Assembly: GCA_015057455.1 (NCBI GenBank)
Contig: SVEH01000004.1
Coordinates: forward strand, 49,916 to 113,915
From: Lachnospiraceae bacterium
GTDB taxonomy: Bacteria > Bacillota > Clostridia > Lachnospirales > Lachnospiraceae
Reading direction: 5' to 3'
Length of the DNA: 64,000 bases
The notes under the pieces are model-generated. The model was not told the origin of the DNA, ran no database searches, and saw only the letters and a program-made list of their open reading frames with translations. Of this stretch, positions 40,717-49,581 are shown one piece after another (positions within the stretch are counted from its first letter, which is position 1; every line of letters starts with the position of its first letter). The position numbers were made by a program, and so were the translations under genes.

Positions 40717-42549
40717 ATGAAGAAGTTTGTAGTAGGTTTATGTTTAATTATTGTTATGATGAGTGTAGCAGGTTGTGATAAGCAGTCTAAGGATAAGGAT
40801 CAAGATGTGCTTACAATTTCATTAACTCATAATAATATACCGCTTATAGAAGCATTGAGAAAAGAATTTAAGGACATTGAGTTTAGAATTGATGATTATT
40901 ATGGTAATAATCCAACAGAGTATTATAGTAAAAAGCTAGAATGTAATGATTATGGTGATATTCTTATAAATACAATACAGTTAAATAATGAAACAGCTAA
41001 GGATAAATTACTTGATATATCAGGATATGGTTTTGTAGGGAATTATCAAACAGAGATGTTAAAGCAATATGACGTTGACGGTGGTATATATCAGTTACCA
41101 GGACCTGTAATGATTCGTTCTATGGCATATAATAAAACTTTGTTTAAGGAAAAAGGTTGGAAAGAACCTAAGAATCATAAGGAATTAGTTAAACTATGTA
41201 AGAAAATAAGAAAAGAAACAGATATTACACCTATTTCTTTTGGAGCAGTTGGAGTTGGATATTATTTTACAACTATGACAACATATGCTCAAACAAAGTA
41301 TCTTACAGAAGCTAATTGGATTAAAAATGAAAAGAATTATTTAAAAGGTAAAGCATCATGTAGTCATATATTTGCAGATGGTATAAAAATGGTAGAAGAC
41401 CTTATACAGGCCAATGCTTTTGATGTTGAAAAAAATGAAGATTTTTGGGATACTCAAGCAATAGAGTATATGGTAGATAGAAAGTCAGCTATGGTTAATA
41501 TATGGGCATGTCAAGATAAATTCATTGAATTAACAGCGAAGAGTAAAGATGAATTTGAATTAATACCATTTTATAATAATGAAGGAGATGCGCTATTAGG
41601 TACAATAGTATCAGCACATGTAGGACTTTCAAAGTCTTTAGGAAAAAAGGAAAATAAGAAAAAATTAGAGAATGCTATTCGTGTTATGGAGTGGTTAGCT
41701 AAGGAAGAAAACATGAATTATATGAAGAGTGGAGAAACAGAGATAATGCCACTTGAAAATGCAGATAATTCTGATACAGCAGAGGTTTATTCAGATGTTT
41801 GGGAAGCTAATATAAGTGGTATGAAGGCACCTATGTTGTACACTAATTATGAGGACATTATGATTGAAACTGCAGAGTTTATTAAGGATGCAATGATAAA
41901 AGGTGATGATTTAGGTGGACTTGTAGAATTAATAGACAAGAGACATAAGGAATTACTTAAAGATTCAGGAGAAAATGCTATATTAAAAGTTACAGATAGA
42001 TTTACTCATGAACAAACAATTAAGCTTATGGCAGATGTAATACTTACAAATAGTAAAGCAGATATAGCATTATTATCTGATTCAGAAGACTTAAAAGATG
42101 GAGTGCCAAATAGATATGGAGTAGGTGGAAAACTTTACGAAGGAAATTATTATTCTCAAAATATAAATGTTTGTGTGCCAGGTGAGGGCGATAAGATTGT
42201 AACAACAACTCTTACAGGAAAGCAAATTCGTAAGTTGGTAGAAGAAGGAAAGTATGAAACAGCTACAAGAGTAGATGATGAAAGTAAGAGGGGAAGCGCA
42301 TATTTTAGATACTTATGGACAGGAATGGATGTAACTATGAAAGATGGCAAGGTTGTATCAATGAAGTTATCTGATGGAAAAGAGATAAAGGATAAGGATA
42401 AAATTACAGTAGCATTTTCAGATACAGATATACCTGAAGATAAGAAAAAAGATATGAAGCTAAAAGACCAAGGAATAACATGTTTAGATGCATTTATGAA
42501 ATATATAGAAGAACATGATGGAGTATTGTCACCAAAGGATGTAAAATAA
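40717..42549 (+). CDS. Lipoprotein: family-1 solute-binding-protein-like domain fused to a 5'-nucleotidase C-terminal-like domain
   Basis: Lipobox SVAGC. SBP-like part of about 430 aa. C-terminal part of about 170 aa (…IVTTTLTGKQIRKLVEEG…) resembles the substrate-binding C-domain of 5'-nucleotidases (recalled pattern, unverified). Confidence 0.6.
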   Translation: MKKFVVGLCLIIVMMSVAGCDKQSKDKDQDVLTISLTHNNIPLIEALRKEFKDIEFRIDDYYGNNPTEYYSKKLECNDYGDILINTIQLNNETAKDKLLDISGYGFVGNYQTEMLKQYDVDGGIYQLPGPVMIRSMAYNKTLFKEKGWKEPKNHKELVKLCKKIRKETDITPISFGAVGVGYYFTTMTTYAQTKYLTEANWIKNEKNYLKGKASCSHIFADGIKMVEDLIQANAFDVEKNEDFWDTQAIEYMVDRKSAMVNIWACQDKFIELTAKSKDEFELIPFYNNEGDALLGTIVSAHVGLSKSLGKKENKKKLENAIRVMEWLAKEENMNYMKSGETEIMPLENADNSDTAEVYSDVWEANISGMKAPMLYTNYEDIMIETAEFIKDAMIKGDDLGGLVELIDKRHKELLKDSGENAILKVTDRFTHEQTIKLMADVILTNSKADIALLSDSEDLKDGVPNRYGVGGKLYEGNYYSQNINVCVPGEGDKIVTTTLTGKQIRKLVEEGKYETATRVDDESKRGSAYFRYLWTGMDVTMKDGKVVSMKLSDGKEIKDKDKITVAFSDTDIPEDKKKDMKLKDQGITCLDAFMKYIEEHDGVLSPKDVK

Positions 42550-42630
42550 AGATTTTAAATATAATTTAATTTTAAATATATTTAAAATTAAAGATATATT
42601 TAGATTAAGATTTAAAGATATATTTATAGT

Positions 42631-42670
42631 CCCCTGAGAGTTGTAAAGAAGAAATAGCAACTCTCGGGGG
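42631..42670 (+). terminator. Rho-independent terminator of the lipoprotein gene
   Basis: cccctgagagttg / caactctcggggg 13-bp stem (one G-U), followed by atttgtt. Confidence 0.7.
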
Positions 42671-42700
42671 ATTTGTTAGTTACAAAGAGATAAAAAGAAA

Positions 42701-43000
42701 GAAAAGTACCCCGGAAAGGGCAGAGAGAAGGTAAAGTCCTGGGTACTTTTAGGTTGAAGAAGATATGTGAAAGAAGAAAAGTACCCCGGAAAAAGTAGAG
42801 AGAAGTCAAAGCCCTGGGTACTTTTAGGTTGAAGAAGATATGTGAAAGAAGAAAAGTACCCCGGAAAAAGTAGAGAGAAGGTAAAGTCCTGGGTACTTTT
42901 AGGTTGAAGAAGATATGTGAAAGAAGAAAAGTACCCCGGAAAGGGCAGAGAGAAGGTAAAGTCCTGGGTATTTTTAGGTTGAAGAAGATATGTGAATATT
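42701..43000. repeat. 75-bp tandem repeat x4 = reiterated 3' end plus terminator hairpin of the minus-strand MCP gene
   Basis: Units 42701-42775, 42776-42850, 42851-42925, 42926-43000. Each contains ttaggttgaagaagatatgtgaa (stop plus last codons ...HISSST of the MCP) and the hairpin aaaagtaccc...gggtactttt. Only the last unit is joined to the gene. Confidence 0.95.
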
Positions 43001-44386
43001 GTTATCTAAAGTTTTAATAGACTCGCCTTGAGATGTTATACATGCAGTAATCGTTTTAAGGATATCTAGGTTAATTTCAGAAAAATTATATAAATCTTTC
43101 ATTTCATTATTAATTGAAGTAAACTCGGTATTTATTTTATTAAATAATGTATTTTCTTTAGAAATAATATTTTCAAAATTATCTGTTTTTATTTGAATAA
43201 GTTCTAGTATTCTTAATATGTTATCAATTTGAGAATAACTTTCTTTAGAAAGATTAGAACTTTTTACAATTTTCTCAGTAACGTTTTCAACTTCATTACT
43301 TAAGGAATTTAGAATTTCCTTTATATTATCAGAAGCATGTGCACTTTCTTCGGATAATGAATGTATTTCTTGAGCAACAACAGCAAAACCTTTACCAGAT
43401 TCGCCAGCTCTAGCAGCTTCTATAGAAGCATTAAGAGATAAAAGATTAGTTTGTTCTGCGATATTGTTTATTTCAGATAAAATATTATGAATTTTGCTCA
43501 TATGTGATAATAAATTATTTGAAACACTAGCAGCTTCTAATACTGAGTTAGTTGATAAGTTAAGTATATCTTTACTTTTTACTACAGTAGATGTTCCTTC
43601 AGCAACACTATTAACAATACTTGTGTATGCAGAATGAAGTTCATTAGATACAATTGAGTTTTTATTAATATATGTTTGTACAGAATCTATACTGTTATTT
43701 ACATTAGAGATATCAGTAGACATATTATTTAGCGCTTTATTTATCTCATTAGAAGCTTCTTGAATTGTTTCAACTTGAGAAACAATGATATTTACAGAAT
43801 CAGTATTATCTATTACAGTTTTATTTAATTCATGAGCTACATTAGTAGATTTTTCCATTATACCTTCTAATTTCTCAAGTGAATTAATTGCGGTATTTCT
43901 TAAATGTATACCATTATTTAGAGCAAATTTAGTTATAAGGAAGGTTACAATATAATAACTAAGGCTAGTAAGTGCACCTAGAGTATTACCATCTTTTCCT
44001 ACTACTGCATAAGGGGCAAATATGGATAGTACAACACCTATTGTAATTAATGGAACAGCTACACCAACTATGATTTTAGAGTTAAAGTAAACAATACTGC
44101 ATGCTAGTGCTAAAAAATAAACTAGAAATGTACTAGAACTACCACCAACTATTGTTGAGTAAGTCATACTACACAAAACGATACATAAGTTTATCCATAT
44201 GGCTTTTGTTTCTTCCTTGAGTTTAGAATGGTAAATAATTGTAGGACCTATATAACCACCAATACTAGAGGTTATTATACAAACAATACTTCTGTATGTT
44301 AGTTGGTATTTAATAAAATTTAGAATTAGTAGGACAGTTACAGCCCCTAAAACTAATCTATAGTTAAATTTTAGATTTTTTTCCAT
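42974..44386 (-). CDS. Methyl-accepting chemotaxis protein with polytopic membrane N-terminal domain
   Basis: About 5-6 TMs in the first 160 aa, no periplasmic domain. Tip [38 protein letters not shown] 44386 follows AAGGTGA (the tracked GTG 44395 lies inside the RBS). Confidence 0.85.
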   Translation of the reverse strand: MEKNLKFNYRLVLGAVTVLLILNFIKYQLTYRSIVCIITSSIGGYIGPTIIYHSKLKEETKAIWINLCIVLCSMTYSTIVGGSSSTFLVYFLALACSIVYFNSKIIVGVAVPLITIGVVLSIFAPYAVVGKDGNTLGALTSLSYYIVTFLITKFALNNGIHLRNTAINSLEKLEGIMEKSTNVAHELNKTVIDNTDSVNIIVSQVETIQEASNEINKALNNMSTDISNVNNSIDSVQTYINKNSIVSNELHSAYTSIVNSVAEGTSTVVKSKDILNLSTNSVLEAASVSNNLLSHMSKIHNILSEINNIAEQTNLLSLNASIEAARAGESGKGFAVVAQEIHSLSEESAHASDNIKEILNSLSNEVENVTEKIVKSSNLSKESYSQIDNILRILELIQIKTDNFENIISKENTLFNKINTEFTSINNEMKDLYNFSEINLDILKTITACITSQGESIKTLDNNIHISSST

Positions 44387-44488
44387 TGCAATCACCTTCT
44401 TAATAATATTAACCTATATACATATCGAATAATTACATACTGTAAATAACAGAAAATGGGAAAAAACATATAAAACGTGGCAATAAGA

Positions 44489-44550
44489 TTGACAAATTAT
44501 ATAAAAGGTTGTATTATTGTATTAAACACTTAATACAATAATACAACCTT
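44489..44550 (+). promoter_or_regulatory. SigA-type promoter overlapped by a perfect 21-bp-arm palindrome (probable YtrA/GntR operator)
   Basis: TTGACA 44489-44494, 17-nt spacer, TATTAT 44512-44517. aaggttgtattattgtattaa (44505-44525) / ttaatacaataatacaacctt (44530-44550). Confidence 0.55.
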
Positions 44551-44650
44551 TGGTGTGTGAGTATTAGGGACATAGAATTGATAATACATAGCTATAGGTG
44601 GGAAATAGAGAAAACTACATAGAAGATAGGCTTCAGAATGGAGGAGATAT

Positions 44651-45016
44651 ATGAAGTGTGAGTTTGATAATAATATTCCTATATATATTCAGCTTGTTGA
44701 AGAATTGAAGATTTGTATTATATCAGGTGAATTTACAGCAGGTGAGAGATTACCATCTGTTAGAGAATTAGCACTTAGTACTAAGGTTAATCCTAATACT
44801 ATGCAAAGAGCATTAGCAGAATTAGAAAACCTAGAATTAGTATATACAGAGCGTACCAATGGTAGATTTGTTACTAAGGATAAGGAAATTATTGAATCAT
44901 ATAGAAAAGAGTATGCAGTTCAAATAGCTGAAAAGTTTTTTACAGGAATGGAGAATATAGGTTTTAATAAAAAAGAAGCAATAGAATATATAAGTAAGTT
45001 AGGAGGTAATGATTAA
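44651..45016 (+). CDS. GntR-family transcriptional regulator, YtrA subfamily (short)
   Basis: wHTH LPSVRELALSTKVNPNTMQRALAELE. 121 aa with a short C-terminal extension. Followed by ABC genes. Confidence 0.85.
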   Translation: MKCEFDNNIPIYIQLVEELKICIISGEFTAGERLPSVRELALSTKVNPNTMQRALAELENLELVYTERTNGRFVTKDKEIIESYRKEYAVQIAEKFFTGMENIGFNKKEAIEYISKLGGND

Positions 45017-45711
45017 TGGAATTATTAGAGTTTGTAGGTGTTAGTAAGAATTATGGTAAGAAAGAGGTTCTTAAAAATATTAATTTTACTATTGCACCAG
45101 GAAAGATAATCGGTTTATTAGGTAAAAATGGAACGGGTAAATCAACTCTTATAAAGCTTATAAACGATTTGTTAACACCTACTTCAGGTGAAATATTAGT
45201 TAATGGAAAAGGTGTAGGAGTTGAAAGCAAGAAGATAATTGCTTATTTGCCTGAGAGAACATATTTGGATAAATCTATGACGGTAGATAAAACAATTGAA
45301 TTTTTCGAGAGTTTTTACGAGGACTTTGATTCTGAAAAAGCCAGAAAGTTGCTTGCTGACTTAGAGCTAGATACAAGTGAGAAATTAGCGAAGATGAGTA
45401 AAGGTATGCAAGAAAAAGTGCAACTTGTTTTAGTTATGAGTAGAAAAGCTAGCTTGTATATATTAGATGAGCCATTAGGTGGTGTAGACCCAGCTACTAG
45501 AGATTATATATTAGATACCATATTAACTAACTTTAATGAAGGTGCAAGTGTAATTATCTCTACTCATTTAGTATCAGATATAGAAAGAATACTTGATGAA
45601 GTTATATTTATTGATAAAGGAAAGATTGTATTAAAATCTGATACAGATGAATTAAGAAATAAGGAAAATGGTTCTATAGATGAAATATTTAGGAGGATGT
45701 TCAAATGCTAA
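45016..45711 (+). CDS. ABC transporter ATP-binding protein (YtrB-like)
   Basis: Walker A GKNGTGKST, signature MSKGMQEKV, Walker B LYILDEPLGGVD, H-loop ISTHLV. Confidence 0.9.
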   Translation: MELLEFVGVSKNYGKKEVLKNINFTIAPGKIIGLLGKNGTGKSTLIKLINDLLTPTSGEILVNGKGVGVESKKIIAYLPERTYLDKSMTVDKTIEFFESFYEDFDSEKARKLLADLELDTSEKLAKMSKGMQEKVQLVLVMSRKASLYILDEPLGGVDPATRDYILDTILTNFNEGASVIISTHLVSDIERILDEVIFIDKGKIVLKSDTDELRNKENGSIDEIFRRMFKC

Positions 45712-46502
45712 AGAAATTATTAAAGTATGATTTAATATATATGTATAAATGTTTGATAATATTTTATGTATTGTCAATTGTGTGTGCTATATGTACAAGA
45801 ATATTTAGTAATGCAGGAGAAGCTTTGATATTTGTTATAATTACAAAAATATGTAATGGAGCTACAATAGCCATGATGATAAATATATTAATTAATAATG
45901 TTTTGCGTATGTGGGCTAGATTTTCATCCAATTTGTATGGAGATGAATCTTATCTTACACACACACTTCCAGTAAATAAAAGTACATTGTATACATCAAA
46001 GTTTTTGGCGTTGGTAACAACAATTTTATCTAGCGGAGTTGTAATTATAATTACGTTGCTTATTGCATATGTAGATTCATTAAAACATTTGAAATCTATT
46101 ATAAATCAATTTGTATTTACAGATGCTAAGGTAATAGATGTGTTGTGGGTAATATGTATAATGTTATTTCAGTTTATCCATATAATACAGTTAGGATATA
46201 CAGGTAATATTCTTGGTAATAGACATCTTAATTTAAGATTAATATGGAGCTTAGTATATGGTTTTATAGGATATATAATAACTCAGCTAGTGATTTTAAT
46301 ATATATTGCTATATTATATATGGTCAATGATAACGTAAGAGAGGTGTTGTTTACATCTAAAGGTATGACTATGCCATTACCAGAGGTTGAAGAGGTTCTA
46401 AAGGTATTAGTTTATGGAGTTGGTGTTATATATATAGTAATTATAGCTGTTGTGTATATTATAAACAGAAAACTGTTGAGTAAAGGTGTAAATGTAGATT
46501 AG
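45705..46502 (+). CDS. Integral membrane protein, putative ABC-2-type permease partner
   Basis: 265 aa, about 6 TMs, overlaps the ATPase stop. No recognisable motif. Confidence 0.55.
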   Translation: MLKKLLKYDLIYMYKCLIIFYVLSIVCAICTRIFSNAGEALIFVIITKICNGATIAMMINILINNVLRMWARFSSNLYGDESYLTHTLPVNKSTLYTSKFLALVTTILSSGVVIIITLLIAYVDSLKHLKSIINQFVFTDAKVIDVLWVICIMLFQFIHIIQLGYTGNILGNRHLNLRLIWSLVYGFIGYIITQLVILIYIAILYMVNDNVREVLFTSKGMTMPLPEVEEVLKVLVYGVGVIYIVIIAVVYIINRKLLSKGVNVD

Positions 46503-46547
46503 ATAAAATCAATTAAGATTAAATAAGATATATGATTTATAAATATG

Positions 46548-46583
46548 AAAATCGCGCTATGCACATTGCATGCGCGATTTTTT
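46548..46583 (+). terminator. Rho-independent terminator of the ytrA-like operon
   Basis: aaaatcgcgc / gcgcgatttt stem with loop tatgcacattgcat, T-run. Confidence 0.8.
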
Positions 46584-46803
46584 ATGTCGATAATATAATG
46601 TGTGCACTTGTTTGCTATGTGGCATCAAAAATATTAGTTGCAATGGAAAAAAATAGGCGAAGAAAAAATCCCAATTGGCTAGAAGAGGATAAAGAAAAAT
46701 ATGGTGATGGATTATAATAAATAGTCAATTTGGTTCATTGGTATAATTGGAAAAATATGGTAAAATATTAAATAGATGAAAAAAATTGAAGGGAGTGTTA
46801 GTT

Positions 46804-47196
46804 ATGAAATTAACACATGGAGCACAAACAATTGAAACAATTGATGGAAAGAAAGTTATTAAGTCTGGAGCAAAAGGTTCTACAAACGTAGAAGAGGTAA
46901 AATGGCTTACAAAAAATCTTGTATCTATGTCATCAGCATGGAAAAGTACAGGATGGGCATATATAGTAGATATAAGTGATATGTCACCATGTACACCAGA
47001 TGTAAGTGAAGAATTAGTAAATTTACATAAAGAATTAACAGCAGCTGGATGTAAAGCAATGGCATTTGTTGAGTATGGTGCAATGTTTACAGCAGCACAA
47101 GCAAAACAACATCAAAAACAATCACATGCAGCAATCCAAGAAGGTCACTTCAAAAGAGAAGAAGAAGCACTTGATTGGATATCTACGATAATATAA
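46804..47196 (+). CDS. Hypothetical cytoplasmic protein (130 aa)
   Basis: GGGAG RBS before ATG 46804. TGgTATAAT extended -10 at about 46739-46749. No motif I can name. Confidence 0.5.
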   Translation: MKLTHGAQTIETIDGKKVIKSGAKGSTNVEEVKWLTKNLVSMSSAWKSTGWAYIVDISDMSPCTPDVSEELVNLHKELTAAGCKAMAFVEYGAMFTAAQAKQHQKQSHAAIQEGHFKREEEALDWISTII

Positions 47197-47208
47197 TAAT
47201 ATGCAAAT

Positions 47209-47262
47209 AAACTCAAATTTGTCGAGCTCTAGGGCCTCTGTCATTCTGACAGAGGCCTAATT
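47209..47262. repeat. Left arm plus core hairpin of a palindromic terminator element (same family as 54933-54999), separated from its right arm (47723-47738) by the MITE-like insertion
   Basis: aaactcaaatttgtcg (47209-47224). Core hairpin ggcctctgtca-ttc-tgacagaggcc (47233-47257). Right arm cgacaaattatagttt at 47723-47738. Confidence 0.6.
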
Positions 47263-47712
47263 AATTTTGAGCTTCGCTCAAAATTCGGGTGTTTTTTTAG
47301 CTCCGCAAGTGTTTTATAAGATATTCCTTTTTTGTTATATTCTTACCATAATTACTGTTTTGGCTCTCATGGGTAGAAAATTTTCATTTTTACTAGATTT
47401 ATATTCTTACCATAATTATTATTTTAGCTCTTATGGGTAGATTTATAAAACAAAGAATAATTATATCTATATGCTTTAGTACACAGCAAATAATAAAGGG
47501 GCTCGAATATATATGTTTAAAGGTGTCTGAGCCCCTCGGCACTTAGTGATTTCAAGCATCAGCGCCGAAAGAACTTAGTGTCCGCTAGGCGCGAAGTCAA
47601 GTGAGAACGTCCATTAAACATATATATTCGAACCCGTATTATTGCGTCACTAGAACTGTAAACTAAAACTTTCGAGGAGCAAAATCCCCCTAATTTGAGC
47701 GAAGCTCAAATT
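47263..47712 (+). mobile_element. MITE-like non-coding repeat element, copy 2 (both ends present)
   Basis: Imperfect terminal inverted repeats of about 55 nt: left aattttgagcttcgctcaaaattcgggtgtttttttagctccgcaagtgtttta; right (rc) aatttgagcttcgctcaaattagggggattttgctcctcgaaagtttta. Internal 47-nt direct duplication (about 47337-47445). Nested-hairpin module at 47498-47635. Confidence 0.55.
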
Positions 47713-47755
47713 AAAAAAATCCCGACAAATTATAGTTTAAATGTTAAAACTTGTA

Positions 47756-47782
47756 TTAAGTATTATAGTATATGGTCGATAA
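47756..47782 (+). promoter_or_regulatory. SigD-like promoter candidate for the tandem membrane-MCP genes
   Basis: TTAA(47756-47759)-N15-GTCGATAA(47775-47782); 41 nt upstream of ATG 47824. Confidence 0.3.
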
Positions 47783-47823
47783 AAGATACGTCGTGTAAAA
47801 TTAAACTAATTGGAGGTGGCTTA

Positions 47824-49554
47824 ATGCATAGTAATAATAAAAAGGTATGCATAATGGGCGGAAGTGTGTATTTTATTGGACTTATTTTAACAATATTATT
47901 AGGCGTTGTATTAGATATACGTTTTGAAGTATTGAATGCAATGTTTGTTATTATAGCAATACTGTACGCAGTTGTAATGTCCAAAATACAAGGTGATGAT
48001 GATGTTCTAAAAAATAGAACAATATTAGTCTCTTCTGCAGCAGCCAAACTTTTGTTTATATTTTCAATGGTATATGAAAGTGAATTATGGTGGTCAGCAG
48101 CCGAAGGTAAGGATATGGCATTTTATTTTTATATGAGCTATATCATATTCTTTGTTTTTCAAGTTATAGAAACAGTATTATTTTATATAAATAAAGTTAA
48201 GTTATTTAGACTATATGTAATGATAGTTGGTTTAATGTCATATTTGGCTTTAGTATTATATGTAAATTCATATTGGGTACTTATAGTTCCAATTGTTCTT
48301 TTAACTGCTTATTCCCAATGTAATGATGTTAAGTTAGTTGCAATAGGTGGAATAGCTACTTCTTTAGTAACAATATGTGGATCATTTACTCAATCTCAAT
48401 ATTATGATACAGGAGTATATGCATTTATAACAGATATACCTAAGCTTTTAAAGAATGCGTTAACTAATTCTTTGAGAGAAGATAGTGAGTATATGTTTTG
48501 TGTATACCTGCTTATAATATCAGCTTTTTGTATATATGCTTTTGCAATGGTACGTATTACATATGCTGTTAAAACTTTCAATGCTGATAAGATAAAAGCA
48601 ATTGAACAAGAACAAGTTAAGGTTGAAAAGTTAATAGACAAGATTGTTAAAATTGGTATGAAAGTAAAAAGTAGTGCTACAGATACTAATGTTGTAATTA
48701 ATGAGTTAGAGGATGCACTTGAAGAATCTAACGTAAAAATGGATGAGATATCTGCAGATAATGAGAAGAATGTTGAAAGAATAGAAAAACAAACAGATAT
48801 GACATTACATATATCTGATTTAATAAAGGATGTTGCTATAGAGGTGGATAAAGCATCTAAGTCAACAAAACAGATATTAAAAGAATTGGATAATAGTAAA
48901 AAGTCTTACAAAAATTTAAAGATAAGATCAAATGAAATATATGCAAATAATAATCAAGTTATTAGGGTTATTGCTGATTTTGTAGAAAATGTAAGACAAG
49001 TTGAAAGTATTATACAAGATATAAACTATATATCAGAAGAAACAAATTTATTATCTTTTAATACATATGTAAAAAGTGCAAGAGCAGGAGAAGTAGGTAA
49101 GGGATTTGCTGTTGTTGCAAGTAAGATTCGTAGTCTAGCAGAGAGTACATCAGGATTAACAGATAATATTAAAGATATTGTTAATAAATTAGAGCAAAAT
49201 GCCAATGTTGTACAGCAAGTGATTAATGAAGTTGTTGATGCAATAAATGAGGAGAATGGAACAATTGATAAAACAATGCTAGATTTTAATAGTATGGATA
49301 AAGATATACATTGTTTAAGTGAAAATGTTTATGGAATATCAGAAAGAGTAAATAGCGTTACAAGTTTTACAACTGAAATAGAAAAACATATAGGTCAGTT
49401 AAAGAGTTTAAGTGAAGGTGTTACAGCTCATGGAAGAGAAGTGGTTGTACTTAATAAGGAAAGTAAAGAAAAAATAATTAATACAAGAGTTTTAATGGAA
49501 GAGATGTTAGACACAGTTAATGAATTAGAAGAATTCTATAGTGTAGTTAAATAA
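47824..49554 (+). CDS. Methyl-accepting chemotaxis protein, polytopic membrane sensor, divergent signalling tip
   Basis: GGAGGTGG RBS before ATG 47824 (the tracked start 47695 reads through the repeat element). About 7 TMs. Tip [35 protein letters not shown]. Confidence 0.8.
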   Translation: MHSNNKKVCIMGGSVYFIGLILTILLGVVLDIRFEVLNAMFVIIAILYAVVMSKIQGDDDVLKNRTILVSSAAAKLLFIFSMVYESELWWSAAEGKDMAFYFYMSYIIFFVFQVIETVLFYINKVKLFRLYVMIVGLMSYLALVLYVNSYWVLIVPIVLLTAYSQCNDVKLVAIGGIATSLVTICGSFTQSQYYDTGVYAFITDIPKLLKNALTNSLREDSEYMFCVYLLIISAFCIYAFAMVRITYAVKTFNADKIKAIEQEQVKVEKLIDKIVKIGMKVKSSATDTNVVINELEDALEESNVKMDEISADNEKNVERIEKQTDMTLHISDLIKDVAIEVDKASKSTKQILKELDNSKKSYKNLKIRSNEIYANNNQVIRVIADFVENVRQVESIIQDINYISEETNLLSFNTYVKSARAGEVGKGFAVVASKIRSLAESTSGLTDNIKDIVNKLEQNANVVQQVINEVVDAINEENGTIDKTMLDFNSMDKDIHCLSENVYGISERVNSVTSFTTEIEKHIGQLKSLSEGVTAHGREVVVLNKESKEKIINTRVLMEEMLDTVNELEEFYSVVK

Positions 49555-49581
49555 AATTAAAACAAAAGTAAGGTGACAAAT

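Noticed and set aside
42624-42809. 61-aa minus-strand ORF across the 75-bp repeats
   Set aside because: It is simply the reiterated C-terminal and terminator sequence read through. It has no RBS and a repetitive translation.
42701-43000. Regularly spaced repeats that could be mistaken for a CRISPR array (also 3018-3120 and 22919-23041)
   Set aside because: The units are contiguous with no unique spacers. Unit lengths (75, 24, 41 nt) and content (gene 3' end plus terminator) do not fit a repeat-spacer architecture. No cas genes are present.
46532-46717. 61-aa ORF after the ytrA-like operon
   Set aside because: It spans the strong terminator hairpin 46548-46583 and has no SD. The composition is consistent with chance in intergenic DNA.
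47695-47823. Extended N-terminus of the MCP (tracked start 47695)
   Set aside because: The extension reads through the right terminal repeat of the MITE-like element and the palindrome arm. A GGAGGTGG RBS and ATG at 47824 give a normal membrane N-terminus.
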